64,000 nt of DNA from an uncultured Bacillota bacterium (GCA_946630315.1 CAMOYT010000001.1:895-64894); one strand, 5' to 3'. Positions 19,829-29,594 are shown, numbered from the stretch's first letter. Numbers and translations: made by a program. Notes: generated by a model not told the origin, from the letters alone.

Positions 19829-20278
19829 ATGAATAAAGTAGAAATATTTAATCAAACTGCTGAAGATATATTAGAATTAAAAAAAGTTAATGAAGTATTA
19901 GTTTATGCTATGAAGAAAGAAAAATTAGAGAATACTAGTTTTAATGTAATTATAGTAGATAATGATTTTATTCATGAATTGAATAAGAAATATAGAGGAA
20001 TAGATAGAGAAACTGATGTTATTACTTTTGCATTAGAAGATGATGATAGTTTGATTGTTGGTGGAGAAGAGAGAATACTTGGTGATATTTATATTTCTAT
20101 TGATAAAGCTAGAAGTCAAGCAAAAGAATATGGACATAGTTTTATGAGAGAAATTTGCTTTTTAGCAGTACATGGTTTTTATCATTTACTTGGTTATGAT
20201 CATATGACTGAAGAAGAAGAGAAGGTTATGTTTTCTAAACAAGAGGAGGTATTAAGTGATTGTGAGATTACTAGATAG
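19829..20278 (+). CDS. ybeY: Endoribonuclease YbeY (rRNA maturation factor).
   Basis: HGFYHLLGYDH metal-binding motif. Confidence 0.9.
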   Translation: MNKVEIFNQTAEDILELKKVNEVLVYAMKKEKLENTSFNVIIVDNDFIHELNKKYRGIDRETDVITFALEDDDSLIVGGEERILGDIYISIDKARSQAKEYGHSFMREICFLAVHGFYHLLGYDHMTEEEEKVMFSKQEEVLSDCEITR

Positions 20279-20693
20279 GTTGTTTAAAAAGACTCCAAAA
20301 AGAAATAAAGATGAGGGTAATTTTTTAGTTAGATATTGGAAGAGTTTTAATCATGCTTTAGACGGATTAATATATTGTTTAAAATATGAACATAATATGA
20401 TTATTATTCTTATTTGTACAATTGTTGTTATATGTCTTGGTTTTTTATTTAATATAAGTCTTGTTGAATGGTTATTTGTTATTTTTATATGTGGTACTAT
20501 TGCTGCATGTGAGTTTATTAATTCGGCAATTGAGGCAACAATTGATTTAATTACTACTGAGATTCATCCGCTTGCTAAGATTGCTAAAGACTGTGCAAGT
20601 GCGGCTTCTCTTGTTTTATGTATAGTTGCATTAATTGGTGGAGTAGCAATATTTGGTAGTGATATTATTAAATTTATAGGAGGTTTATTATGA
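20256..20693 (+). CDS. dgkA: Diacylglycerol/undecaprenol kinase DgkA family.
   Basis: Three TM helices. EFINSAIEATID signature. Conserved position between ybeY and cdd. Confidence 0.8.
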   Translation: MIVRLLDRLFKKTPKRNKDEGNFLVRYWKSFNHALDGLIYCLKYEHNMIIILICTIVVICLGFLFNISLVEWLFVIFICGTIAACEFINSAIEATIDLITTEIHPLAKIAKDCASAASLVLCIVALIGGVAIFGSDIIKFIGGLL

Positions 20694-21076
20694 TAGAAAA
20701 ATTAAGAGAGTTACATAAGAACAGTTATAGTCCATATTCACATTATCCAGTTAGTGCTATTGTTGTAATGAATGATGGAGTAGAGTTCGTTGGAGTTAAT
20801 GTTGAAAATGCATCATATGGTGCTGGTATTTGTGCTGAGAGAAGTGCTATTTTAGCAGCTGTTAGTAATGGATATAAAGTAGGAGATTTTAAGGAACTAC
20901 ATGTAATGGTTGGTTCTGGAAAAATTGGTATGCCTTGTTTTATATGTAGACAAGTAATTGGAGAGTTCTTTAGTGAAGATGCTAAAGTTTATGCATATAG
21001 TACAGAAGGAGATGTTGAAGTTCATACAGTAGGTGAACTTTGTCCATTTCCATTTGGAAGTGATGATTTAGAATGA
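20690..21076 (+). CDS. cdd: Cytidine deaminase.
   Basis: CAERSAI and PCFICRQ zinc-ligand motifs. Confidence 0.9.
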   Translation: MIEKLRELHKNSYSPYSHYPVSAIVVMNDGVEFVGVNVENASYGAGICAERSAILAAVSNGYKVGDFKELHVMVGSGKIGMPCFICRQVIGEFFSEDAKVYAYSTEGDVEVHTVGELCPFPFGSDDLE

Positions 21077-21966
21077 AATGTGGATTTGTTAGTTTAGTAG
21101 GTAGACCTAATGTTGGTAAAAGTACTTTACTAAATAGTATTTTAGGTATGAAACTTGCAATTACTTCTAATGTTTCAGGTACTACTCGTAATGTTATACA
21201 AGGTATCTATAATGATGATGATTCACAAATTATATTTGTAGATACACCTGGTATTCATAAACCTAGTAGAAAATTAGAATCTTTAATGAACAAAAGAGCT
21301 TATGATAATACTGAAGGGGTAGATGTTATTCTATTCTTAGTAGATATTGCTTCTGGATTTGGTAGAGGTGATGAGTTTATTCTTAATAGAATTAAGGATA
21401 AAGATGTTCCAGTGTTTTTGTTGTTGAATAAGATTGATCAAGTTAAGAATAAAGAAAAATTACTTAGTGAAATTGATAAATTAAAAGATAAGTATGATTT
21501 TAAGGAAATTATTCCTATTAGTGCTAAAAAGAATGATAATATTAATACTTTAATTGATTGTATAAAGAAGTATTTAGATGATAGTGAAGCTATATATTCT
21601 GAAGAAGATTTAACTAATGTTTCTACTAGATTTATTATGGCTGAATTAGTCCGTGAGAAAATACTTGAATTAACTAGAGAAGAAATTCCTCATACTGTTA
21701 CTTGTTATGTAGAAAATTATGAAGAAGATGATGAAGTAGTACATATTCAAGTATTAATAGTTGTTGATAGAGATAATATTAAGAAGATTATTATTGGTAA
21801 ACAAGGACAAATGCTAAAGAAAATTGGTACTTTAGCTCGTCATGATATGGAAGAGTTTTTAGGTAAAAAGGTTTATTTAGAAACTTATGTTAAGACTTTA
21901 AAAAATTGGAGAGATGAAGAGAAATACTTTGTTGAACTTGGTCTTAAGGATGAAGATGAGAAATGA
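21073..21966 (+). CDS. era: GTPase Era.
   Basis: GRPNVGKSTLLN (G1), DTPG (G3), NKID (G4). C-terminal KH domain. Confidence 0.9.
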   Translation: MKCGFVSLVGRPNVGKSTLLNSILGMKLAITSNVSGTTRNVIQGIYNDDDSQIIFVDTPGIHKPSRKLESLMNKRAYDNTEGVDVILFLVDIASGFGRGDEFILNRIKDKDVPVFLLLNKIDQVKNKEKLLSEIDKLKDKYDFKEIIPISAKKNDNINTLIDCIKKYLDDSEAIYSEEDLTNVSTRFIMAELVREKILELTREEIPHTVTCYVENYEEDDEVVHIQVLIVVDRDNIKKIIIGKQGQMLKKIGTLARHDMEEFLGKKVYLETYVKTLKNWRDEEKYFVELGLKDEDEK

Positions 21967-22715
21967 AAATAGAAAGTATTGATGGTATTGTACTTAGTGA
22001 AACTAATTATAGTGAATCTAGTAAGATACTTAATGTTTTAACTGAAGAATATGGTCTCATTGGAGTTATGTCTAAAGGATGTAGAAATATTAAAAGTAAA
22101 CTTAGAGGTGTAAGTAGAAAGCTAATATATGGTACTTTTAATATTTATCATAAAGAGAATGGTTTATCTACTTTGATTAGTGTTGATGTTAAAAGTAGTT
22201 TTTCTAAAGTACTTAGTGATTTAGAAGGTGTTAGTTATGCAGCTTTTATGCTAGACTTAGTTCTTCAAGTAGTTAGACAAACTGAAGATAGTAGTATATT
22301 TAATTTACTTAGAGATGCTTTATTAAAACTAGAAGAGGGATTTTCTGGAGTAGTACTTACTAATATTTTGGAATTAAAAGTATTAGATTATTTAGGTGTT
22401 ACTCCAAGTATTGATGCTTGTAGTATATGTGGTAGTGATAAAGGTATTGTTACTTTGAGTAGTGATGATGGCGGATATGTATGTAGAGATTGTTATACTA
22501 ATCAAATAATGGTTAGTGAAAAGACTATTAAAATGATTAGATTATATTATTATGTAGATTTAAGTAAAATTACTAAGTTAGAAGTTAGTGATGAAGTAAC
22601 TAAAGAGATTAATCAATTCTTAGATAATTATTATGAAAGATATACGGGATTATATTTAAAAAGTAAAGATTTTATGAAGCAAATTGAGAAGTTATCTACT
22701 ATTAAAGATAGCTAA
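21963..22715 (+). CDS. recO: DNA repair protein RecO.
   Basis: Conserved position after era. C-terminal CSICGS...CRDC zinc finger. Confidence 0.8.
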   Translation: MKIESIDGIVLSETNYSESSKILNVLTEEYGLIGVMSKGCRNIKSKLRGVSRKLIYGTFNIYHKENGLSTLISVDVKSSFSKVLSDLEGVSYAAFMLDLVLQVVRQTEDSSIFNLLRDALLKLEEGFSGVVLTNILELKVLDYLGVTPSIDACSICGSDKGIVTLSSDDGGYVCRDCYTNQIMVSEKTIKMIRLYYYVDLSKITKLEVSDEVTKEINQFLDNYYERYTGLYLKSKDFMKQIEKLSTIKDS

Positions 22716-22779
22716 TAATTTGCTTTTTTTGTGGTTTTATGGTATAATATGCACACATTGAGTGAAGAGGGGGATTTCG

Positions 22780-23028
22780 ATGAAAAAAGGATTATTAGTA
22801 TTAGATATATTACAATTAGTATTATCTATTATTGGTATGTTTGTATTTGCTTTTGTATTTTTTGTTGTAAGTAGTTTACAAAGATATTTATTCTTAGCTT
22901 GTATTATATATGCTGCTTATACATTTATTAGTGCATGGCAAGATATAGAATTAGATTTGAGAACTATGAAAGTTAAATCAAAAGAAGTAAAAGTAAAAGA
23001 AAAATCATTTAAGAAAATATCTGCATAG
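22780..23028 (+). CDS. Small membrane protein (~82 aa, two TM helices). The track ORF begins at 22762.
   Basis: RBS GAGGGGGA, then two hydrophobic helices. Own promoter ..tggtataat upstream. Confidence 0.5.
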   Translation: MKKGLLVLDILQLVLSIIGMFVFAFVFFVVSSLQRYLFLACIIYAAYTFISAWQDIELDLRTMKVKSKEVKVKEKSFKKISA

Positions 23029-23104
23029 ATATTTTTTCTTTGTATATAAATTGAATTATTAATTGTTTTATGTTATAATATAGCCGCAAATTGGGGGAGT
23101 TATT

Positions 23105-23938
23105 ATGATATCTAGATCTATAAAAGAATATATTGATAATAATATAGTAGATTGTAATAATGATTTAGAAATTGCCTATACTATTTATATACTATTAGGT
23201 AAAGTATTATATTATAGTCCATTATATGTTAGATATAAATTAGATAATTTATTACCTTCTAATATTAGTCTAGATAATCCATATGTTAATTGTGGTACTT
23301 GGAGTAGTTTATATAATGAATTATTACTTAGTTATGGAATTGATTCTAGAGTAGTTGGAGATAAACATAAATATGTTGAATTTAATAATGGTGATATGAA
23401 AGTTAGAGCTGATGCTACTCTTTATTTACCAGATGATGTATTTGATGTATCTTCTGATTTAACTAATATTAAGTTTGGATTAGATATTTTATATTTTAGA
23501 TTAATAAATAATAAATATAGAGATGAGTTTAATAAAAGTATTGATAAAGTTAATACTAGATTTGGTATTAATAAAGGAGTAGATTATAAAGTATTAGAAA
23601 ATATTAAACGTAACATAGATAAAAGTGAAAATATTATTGATTATGGTATGGATTTTTATAATAGTTTTTATAGTTTATGTGATGGAGAAGTTGAGAGAAG
23701 ACAATTATTTGAAAGATATTATCCTTTATTATTTGGTAAAGTTAATAATGATTTAGTAGATTTTTATGATGAGGGAATTATTAGTAAACATTTAATTATG
23801 TTTGGAGATAGTTATTGTTTAGAAACTAAAGATGGATTTGTTAAAAAGAGTTATGATGAGGTAATAGACTTAATTGAGAATAGTAATATTAGTTTAAAAT
23901 ATAGTACTAGCAAGGATAAGGTCTATAAAAGAATGTAG
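23105..23938 (+). CDS. Hypothetical protein.
   Basis: 277 aa, RBS GGGGGAG. No motif recognised. Confidence 0.5.
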   Translation: MISRSIKEYIDNNIVDCNNDLEIAYTIYILLGKVLYYSPLYVRYKLDNLLPSNISLDNPYVNCGTWSSLYNELLLSYGIDSRVVGDKHKYVEFNNGDMKVRADATLYLPDDVFDVSSDLTNIKFGLDILYFRLINNKYRDEFNKSIDKVNTRFGINKGVDYKVLENIKRNIDKSENIIDYGMDFYNSFYSLCDGEVERRQLFERYYPLLFGKVNNDLVDFYDEGIISKHLIMFGDSYCLETKDGFVKKSYDEVIDLIENSNISLKYSTSKDKVYKRM

Positions 23939-23974
23939 CTTGACTTTTTATAAAAATAGTTTATAATTTTATAC

Positions 23975-24098
23975 ATAAGTGCGATGATGGGGTGGAATCC
24001 TGGAGCAGTATAGTTAAGAGTGATTCTTCTAGAATAAGTAAGGTGGAACCGCGAGTAATTCGTCCTTACATTGTTCTAGAAGTTTTTTTATTAGGAGG
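23975..24098 (+). promoter_or_regulatory. T-box riboswitch leader of glyQS. Preceded by promoter TTGACT-17-TATAAT at 23940-23968.
   Basis: Conserved T-box sequence AAGGTGGAACCGCGAG, then a terminator hairpin and T-run immediately before the glyQS RBS. Confidence 0.8.
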
Positions 24099-24104
24099 GA
24101 TAAG

Positions 24105-25478
24105 ATGGAAGAATTAACTATGGAAAAGATGGTAAATTATTGCAAACAATATGGATTTATATTTCAAGGAAGTGAAATATATGGAGGATTATCTAATTCG
24201 TGGGATTATGGGCCTTTAGGAAAAGAGGTTAAAGAAAATATTAAAAAAGCTTGGTGGACAAAGTTTATTCAAGAAGAAAAGAATAGTTATGGACTAGATG
24301 CTGCTATTATTATGAATCCAGAAGTTTGGGTAGCATCAGGTCATGTTTCTAGTTTCTCTGATCCATTAATTGATTGTAAAAATTGTAAGAGTAGGCATAG
24401 AGCTGATAAGTTAATTGAAGACTTTACTAATGGAGAAGAAACTGGAGATGGCTGGGATAATGAGAAATTAGAAAAGTATATTGCTGATAATAAGATTACT
24501 TGTCCTAAATGTGGTAAGAGTGATTTTACTAGTATTCGTCAATTTAATTTATTATTTGAGACACATATTGGTGTTACTGAAGATTCAGCTTCTAAAGTAT
24601 ATTTAAGAGGAGAAACTGCTCAAGGTATATTTGTTAACTTTAATAATGTACAAAGAAGTCAAAGAGCTAAGATTCCTTTTGGTATAGGACAAATTGGTAA
24701 AGCTTTTAGAAATGAAATAACACCAGGTAATTTTATTTTTAGAACTCGTGAATTTGAACAAATGGAGTATGAATTTTTCTGTAAACCAGATACTGACTTA
24801 GAGTGGCATGCATATTGGAAAAAGAAATGTTTGGATTTCTTAGAAGAATTAGGATTAAAGGAAGAAAACTTAAGATATAGAGATCATTCTCCTGAAGAGT
24901 TATCATTCTATAGTAAAGCTACTACTGATATTGAATATAAATATCCAATGGGATGGGGAGAACTTTGGGGTATAGCTGATAGAACTGATTATGATTTAAC
25001 TGTTCATCAAGAACATTCTAAAGTTGATCAAAAATATTTAGATCCTGAAACAAATGAGAAATATGTTCCATATGTAGTTGAGCCAAGTGTTGGTGTTGAT
25101 AGACTTTTCTTAGCAGTACTATGTGATGCTTATAATGTTGAAGAGTTAGAAGGAGGAGATACTAGGGAAGTACTTAGAATATTACCAAGTCTTGCTCCTT
25201 ATAAAGCATGTGTTTTACCACTTGCTAAAAAATATCATAGTGAGAAAGCTGAAGAAGTATATCAAATGTTAAATAAACAATTTATGGTTAACTATGATGA
25301 AACAGGATCAATTGGAAAGAGATATAGAAGATGTGATGCGATTGGTACTCCTTGGTGTATTACAGTAGATGATGAAACTATTAATAATGATACTGTTACT
25401 ATTAGAAATAGAGATACTATGGAGCAAGAAATTATTAAAGTAGATGAAATAGTTGATTATATAAAAGATAGAATGTAA
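24105..25478 (+). CDS. glyQS: Glycyl-tRNA synthetase (class II, homodimeric GlyQS type).
   Basis: YGFIFQGSEIYGGLSNSWDYGPLG N-terminus, class II motifs, 457 aa. Confidence 0.9.
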   Translation: MEELTMEKMVNYCKQYGFIFQGSEIYGGLSNSWDYGPLGKEVKENIKKAWWTKFIQEEKNSYGLDAAIIMNPEVWVASGHVSSFSDPLIDCKNCKSRHRADKLIEDFTNGEETGDGWDNEKLEKYIADNKITCPKCGKSDFTSIRQFNLLFETHIGVTEDSASKVYLRGETAQGIFVNFNNVQRSQRAKIPFGIGQIGKAFRNEITPGNFIFRTREFEQMEYEFFCKPDTDLEWHAYWKKKCLDFLEELGLKEENLRYRDHSPEELSFYSKATTDIEYKYPMGWGELWGIADRTDYDLTVHQEHSKVDQKYLDPETNEKYVPYVVEPSVGVDRLFLAVLCDAYNVEELEGGDTREVLRILPSLAPYKACVLPLAKKYHSEKAEEVYQMLNKQFMVNYDETGSIGKRYRRCDAIGTPWCITVDDETINNDTVTIRNRDTMEQEIIKVDEIVDYIKDRM

Positions 25479-25602
25479 AAGAGGTAATTATTTTACTTCT
25501 TTTTTTATGTAAAGTCATAAAATATGAATTGTCTTTTTTTGTAAGATGGTTTATACTTGAATATAGAATAGGTGAGCTATTTCATTGGAAGGAGATATTA
25601 AT

Positions 25603-26148
25603 ATGAAGGGTAAAAAGAAAAAGTATTTGAGTGTTATTATTTTATTGCTATTATTAGTTGGTATTACAGTTGGTTATGCTACTTTAAGTTCTAATTTATC
25701 TATTTCTGGTACATCTACTATTAATAGTGCTAGTTGGGATGTTCATTTTGAAAACTTATCAGTTACAGCAGGAAGTGTAGATGCTCTTGAAGACAATGAG
25801 CCTACTATTTCTGCAGATAGTTTAAATATTACATATGGAATTGAGTTAACTCAACCTGGTGATTTTTATGAATTTACTGTAGATGTAAAAAATGCTGGTA
25901 GTGTAGATGCTAGATTAAGTGAATTACCAACACTTGGTGGAGTATCAACTGAACAAGATAAGTATGTAAATTATACATTTACTCATACTGATGGATCTGC
26001 AATAGCTGTTGGTGAAACTTTAGCTGCTGGAGCTTCAAAGAGTTTTAAAGTAAGAGTAGAATTTGATGAGAATGTTTCTTCAACTGATTTACCAAAATCA
26101 AGACAAGATATGACTTTAACAGTTGATATGAATTATGAACAAAAATAA
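25603..26148 (+). CDS. TasA/camelysin (peptidase M73)-family secreted protein with a SipW-type signal peptide (locus A). The track ORF begins at 25585 and includes the RBS.
   Basis: N-terminal KKKK-hydrophobic segment then VGYA|TLSSNLSISG (AXA site). LTQPGDFYEFTVDVKNAGSVDARL matches the TasA LKPGD..F.F.N.GS core. Confidence 0.7.
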   Translation: MKGKKKKYLSVIILLLLLVGITVGYATLSSNLSISGTSTINSASWDVHFENLSVTAGSVDALEDNEPTISADSLNITYGIELTQPGDFYEFTVDVKNAGSVDARLSELPTLGGVSTEQDKYVNYTFTHTDGSAIAVGETLAAGASKSFKVRVEFDENVSSTDLPKSRQDMTLTVDMNYEQK

Positions 26149-26159
26149 TAATAAATTAT

Positions 26160-26195
26160 AAAGAAACTACTATGTAGTTTTCTTTATAATTTTAT
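26160..26195 (+). terminator. Terminator/attenuator after the TasA-like gene.
   Basis: GAAACTACtaTGTAGTTTC hairpin plus T-rich tail. Confidence 0.6.
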
Positions 26196-26250
26196 ATGTT
26201 TATTAGTAATAGTAGGCATATAAAGTTATGAAGAATAATGAGGGATTTAT

Positions 26251-27387
26251 ATGCATAGAAATATAAAAAACATTAGTTTACTACTTATTGTTTTTGTATA
26301 TATTATCTTATATAGATTCTTTATCTTTACTAATTATATGAAAATTTCTGAGATAGTAAGTGCAGCCTTTTTGCTTTTAGTACTTGGTATTGCGATTGGC
26401 TTTTTGGGTATTAGAAAAGATAAAAGGACTATATTGAGGGATAATATTTTTCGTATTGTTATTTTTTATCTTATATTGACCTTTGTAATTATGTTTGGGA
26501 TGGGATTCTTTACTGGATATTTAAAGAATGCTTATTCAAGGTCTAGTTTTACATTATTTGATAATATAGCTGCACCAATATTAATAATTGTTTTTACTGA
26601 ATTGTTTAGATATGTATTTATTGGGGCTAATAAAGATAAGAAAGTATTTATTTATATAATGACTATACTTTTAATTTGTTTAGAGACGGTTATTAGTATA
26701 GGAGTGTTAAAATCATATGATGCTGAAAGTATATTCCATGCTTTTGCTTCAATATTCTTACCTTGTGTGGTTAAGAATATTGTATTAACTTATTTATGTT
26801 ATCATGTTGGATATAAAGTACCTTTATTATATAGATTAGTTGTAGATACTTATATATTCTTTGTACCAATTGTTCCTAATTTGGGAGAATATATTAATTC
26901 AATGATATTTATAAGTTTACCAATACTTATTTATATGAGTTCTTTTGGATTAATTGATGATAGAACTAAGAAGTTGGAACCGGTATTTAATAATGATAAT
27001 TTTACTTTGTTAGATATTCCAATAGCAGCTGTATTAATTATAATGATTTGTTTAATATCAGGATTCTTTACTTATACTATGATGGGTGTTGGATCTGATT
27101 CTATGACTCCTAAGATTAATAAGGGAGATGCTGTTGTGATGAGAAAGATTACTGATAAAACGGTTATTAAGAAAGGTGAAATAGTTGCTTATCAAAAAGA
27201 TAAAAAGGTAATAGTACATAGAGTTTATAAAATAAATAAAAATGGAACTTTTGTTACAAAAGGAGATGCTAATAATACACCTGATAAAAGTGCTGTTAAG
27301 AGAAAGCAAATAAAGGGTGTAGTTAAGTTTAAGATTCCATTTATTGCATATCCTACTTTATGGTTTAATGATTTGATTAATGGATAG
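26251..27387 (+). CDS. Fusion protein (locus A): N-terminal ~260-aa polytopic membrane domain of unknown function plus a C-terminal archaeal/ER-type signal peptidase I (SipW-like).
   Basis: C-terminus GSDSMTPKINKGDAVV...VHRVYK...KGDANNTPD parallels B. subtilis SipW SGSMEP...VTHRIV...KGDNN. It is preceded by ~8 predicted TM helices. Confidence 0.75.
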   Translation: MHRNIKNISLLLIVFVYIILYRFFIFTNYMKISEIVSAAFLLLVLGIAIGFLGIRKDKRTILRDNIFRIVIFYLILTFVIMFGMGFFTGYLKNAYSRSSFTLFDNIAAPILIIVFTELFRYVFIGANKDKKVFIYIMTILLICLETVISIGVLKSYDAESIFHAFASIFLPCVVKNIVLTYLCYHVGYKVPLLYRLVVDTYIFFVPIVPNLGEYINSMIFISLPILIYMSSFGLIDDRTKKLEPVFNNDNFTLLDIPIAAVLIIMICLISGFFTYTMMGVGSDSMTPKINKGDAVVMRKITDKTVIKKGEIVAYQKDKKVIVHRVYKINKNGTFVTKGDANNTPDKSAVKRKQIKGVVKFKIPFIAYPTLWFNDLING

Positions 27388-27398
27388 GAGAAGGAAAT

Positions 27399-28208
27399 AT
27401 GAAAAAGAATGTTTTGGGGTTTATTTTATTAGCAATAGCTTTTATTGTATTAATTCTTGGACTAGTAATGCTTAAGACTAGATTTAATAATTATGCTATT
27501 ATTGCTTATGCTCTAGCAGCAGTAGTTGGCTTTGTAGGATTATATTATATTATTACTAATAGTAATCCTAAGACAGCATATGAGAGTGCAGTTAGAGGAG
27601 TGTTAAATACATATGATTCTGTATTAGTTCAAAGTAATAAAGTACCTAATTTAGATGGTAGAAACATTGTGTATATTGGTACTATAGATGATTTAATTGA
27701 TGCTCAATTAGAAATTAGAAAACCTATTTGTTATGTTAAACAAAGTGAGTCTTGTTCATTTATTTTATTAGATGATAAGGAAGCATTTGTTCATATAATG
27801 AAGCTAAGTCCTGAAGTATTATCTCCTTTAGAAATAGAGATTAAAGAAAATGACTTAAAGGTTAAGAATCAAGATGAGATGGATGCTGAAATGTTAAGAG
27901 AAATTGAGAAGACTACTATTGTTAAGTTGTCTAATCATAAGAGTTATAAAGTATCTCCTATAAGAAAGAAAAAGGAAGAAGAAAAAGTAGAAGATAAGGT
28001 AGAAGAAATAGTTGAAGAACCTGAAGAAGTAAATAAAGAAGTTAAAGAAGAGCCTTATTTTGAAGAACCTTTAATTAGAAAAGAAGAGAATAATGATACT
28101 GAAGAAGTATTAGATGATAAAAAAGAAGAGAATAATGATACTGAAGAAGTATTAGATGATAAGAAAGAAGAAAAAGAAAAAGAAGATGATATAGAAGTAT
28201 TATTCTAG
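27399..28208 (+). CDS. Membrane accessory protein (locus A): two N-terminal TM helices, a conserved ~70-aa domain shared with the 56766 protein, and an acidic C-terminal tail with a tandem repeat.
   Basis: YDSVLVQSN...IDDLIDAQLEIRKPICYVK aligns with the 56766 protein's YDRIIVDTK...FNELVDARDTLGKPIVYEK. A 45-bp tandem repeat encodes EENNDTEEVLDDKKE twice. Confidence 0.55.
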   Translation: MKKNVLGFILLAIAFIVLILGLVMLKTRFNNYAIIAYALAAVVGFVGLYYIITNSNPKTAYESAVRGVLNTYDSVLVQSNKVPNLDGRNIVYIGTIDDLIDAQLEIRKPICYVKQSESCSFILLDDKEAFVHIMKLSPEVLSPLEIEIKENDLKVKNQDEMDAEMLREIEKTTIVKLSNHKSYKVSPIRKKKEEEKVEDKVEEIVEEPEEVNKEVKEEPYFEEPLIRKEENNDTEEVLDDKKEENNDTEEVLDDKKEEKEKEDDIEVLF

Positions 28209-28272
28209 TCATCTTTTTTTATTATTTGGTGCTAAGTTTATCTTTTTTTGCTATAATTTATTTGGTGATATA

Positions 28273-28962
28273 ATGGTAAGAATTGGAATTCCTTTAAGAT
28301 ATAGTCATTTAGAAGATGGAAGATGTATTTTATACTTAGGTGAGAAGATTAGAAGGTGTTTTCAAGAAGCTGGTAGTTTAGTTATACCAATTGTTCAAGT
28401 ACAAGATGTTGATTATTGTGATACTAAATATAATGAATTTACTAAGTTAACTAAAGAAGAAAAAGATAGTATTGATAAATACTTAGATATGGTTGATGGA
28501 GTAGTATTTCCAGGTGGTAATAAGATTACTCCATTTGATAAATATTTACTTGAGAGATGTATTGAGAGAGATATTCCAACTCTTGGTATATGTTTAGGAA
28601 TGCAATTAATGAGTTGTTTTAGAGATGATTTTCAAGTGTTTAAAATAGAATCTAGTATTAATCATTATCAAGATAGTGATGATGTATTAACTCATGGTAT
28701 TAAAATTAATAAAGAATCTATTCTTTATAAAATACTTGGAGTGGAAGAGTTAAAAGTAAATAGTTTTCATAAGTATCATGTTAGTGAAAATGATTATTTT
28801 AAAAATATTGCTTATAGTGAAGATGGTTATATTGAAGGAATTGAGATGCCTAATAAAAAGTTTGTTGTTGGTATTCAGTGGCATCCAGAGATTAGTTATT
28901 CTTTTGACGAAAATTCTAAAAAATTAATTGATAGTTTTATTAATATTTGTAAAAGATATTGA
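28273..28962 (+). CDS. Class I glutamine amidotransferase-like / peptidase C26 (gamma-glutamyl hydrolase PuuD-like).
   Basis: LGICLGMQLM (catalytic Cys) and GIQWHPE (His) motifs. Confidence 0.7.
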   Translation: MVRIGIPLRYSHLEDGRCILYLGEKIRRCFQEAGSLVIPIVQVQDVDYCDTKYNEFTKLTKEEKDSIDKYLDMVDGVVFPGGNKITPFDKYLLERCIERDIPTLGICLGMQLMSCFRDDFQVFKIESSINHYQDSDDVLTHGIKINKESILYKILGVEELKVNSFHKYHVSENDYFKNIAYSEDGYIEGIEMPNKKFVVGIQWHPEISYSFDENSKKLIDSFINICKRY

Positions 28963-29094
28963 CATATTTTTTATTTGTGATATATTTAAATTACTAATAG
29001 GATAATATCTTGTAATAACTTTATTGATCTTGTAATAATTGTTATTACAGTAAATCTTATCATACCTATTAGGTCGAAATTACATTTTATTGGA

Positions 29095-29110
29095 AGAGAA
29101 GGAAAACTCT
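29095..29110 (+). repeat. Hairpin element, copy A (AGAG-AAGGAAAA-CTCT).
   Basis: One of four similar hairpins (29095, 29579, 61969, 62154). A downstream GATAA box and A-rich/ACTCGG-like tail follow. Confidence 0.5.
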
Positions 29111-29299
29111 CAGTACGACATTGTGGCTAGACAAACAATGATAAAGTCGATGTTGATAGTAGAAATACAAAAAAAATCAACGGCCCCCTGTTAAACCAAT
29201 GATATAATTAGTCTTATCAGAGTCAGTTATATCTAGAAAAATATAAGCTTATTGATTGTATAATAAGTCTCGCAGGAAAAGTAGTTCCTTAGTTATATT

Positions 29300-29337
29300 T
29301 TTGGAATACAAGTAATCATTGGACTTGTATTTTTTTT
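29300..29337 (+). terminator. Rho-independent terminator inside the essC upstream region.
   Basis: atacaagt-aatcattgg-acttgtat hairpin followed by T8. Confidence 0.65.
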
Positions 29338-29578
29338 ATTGACTTTTTTTGTATATGAGTATATACTTAAGACATATCCTAGATAAAAATAGCATTTCTC
29401 AATATATTATGGAAGTTATGAGATTAGAAGTAATCAAAATAATGGAAATAGTAAAAAAGAGAAACCGGGATTCAAGAGAATTAAGGATAAGCTATTAAAA
29501 TTCAAATAACCAACAGGGAATGGACAAGCTCCATTTTAAAAAAAATAACGTGTCGGGACTAGGATATATGTAATTTCT

Positions 29579-29594
29579 AGAGAAAGAAAACTCT
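29579..29594 (+). repeat. Hairpin element, copy B (AGAG-AAAGAAAA-CTCT).
   Basis: Followed by ..ACTGATAAT.. and ..AAAAAAACTCGGAT.., as in copy C at 61969. Confidence 0.5.

Noticed and set aside
29395-29485. 29-aa ORF (MEVMRLEVIKIMEIVKKRNRDSRELRISY) in the essC upstream region.
   Set aside because: No convincing RBS. It is embedded in a region with terminators and repeat elements that looks RNA-structural rather than coding. Kept only as a remote possibility.
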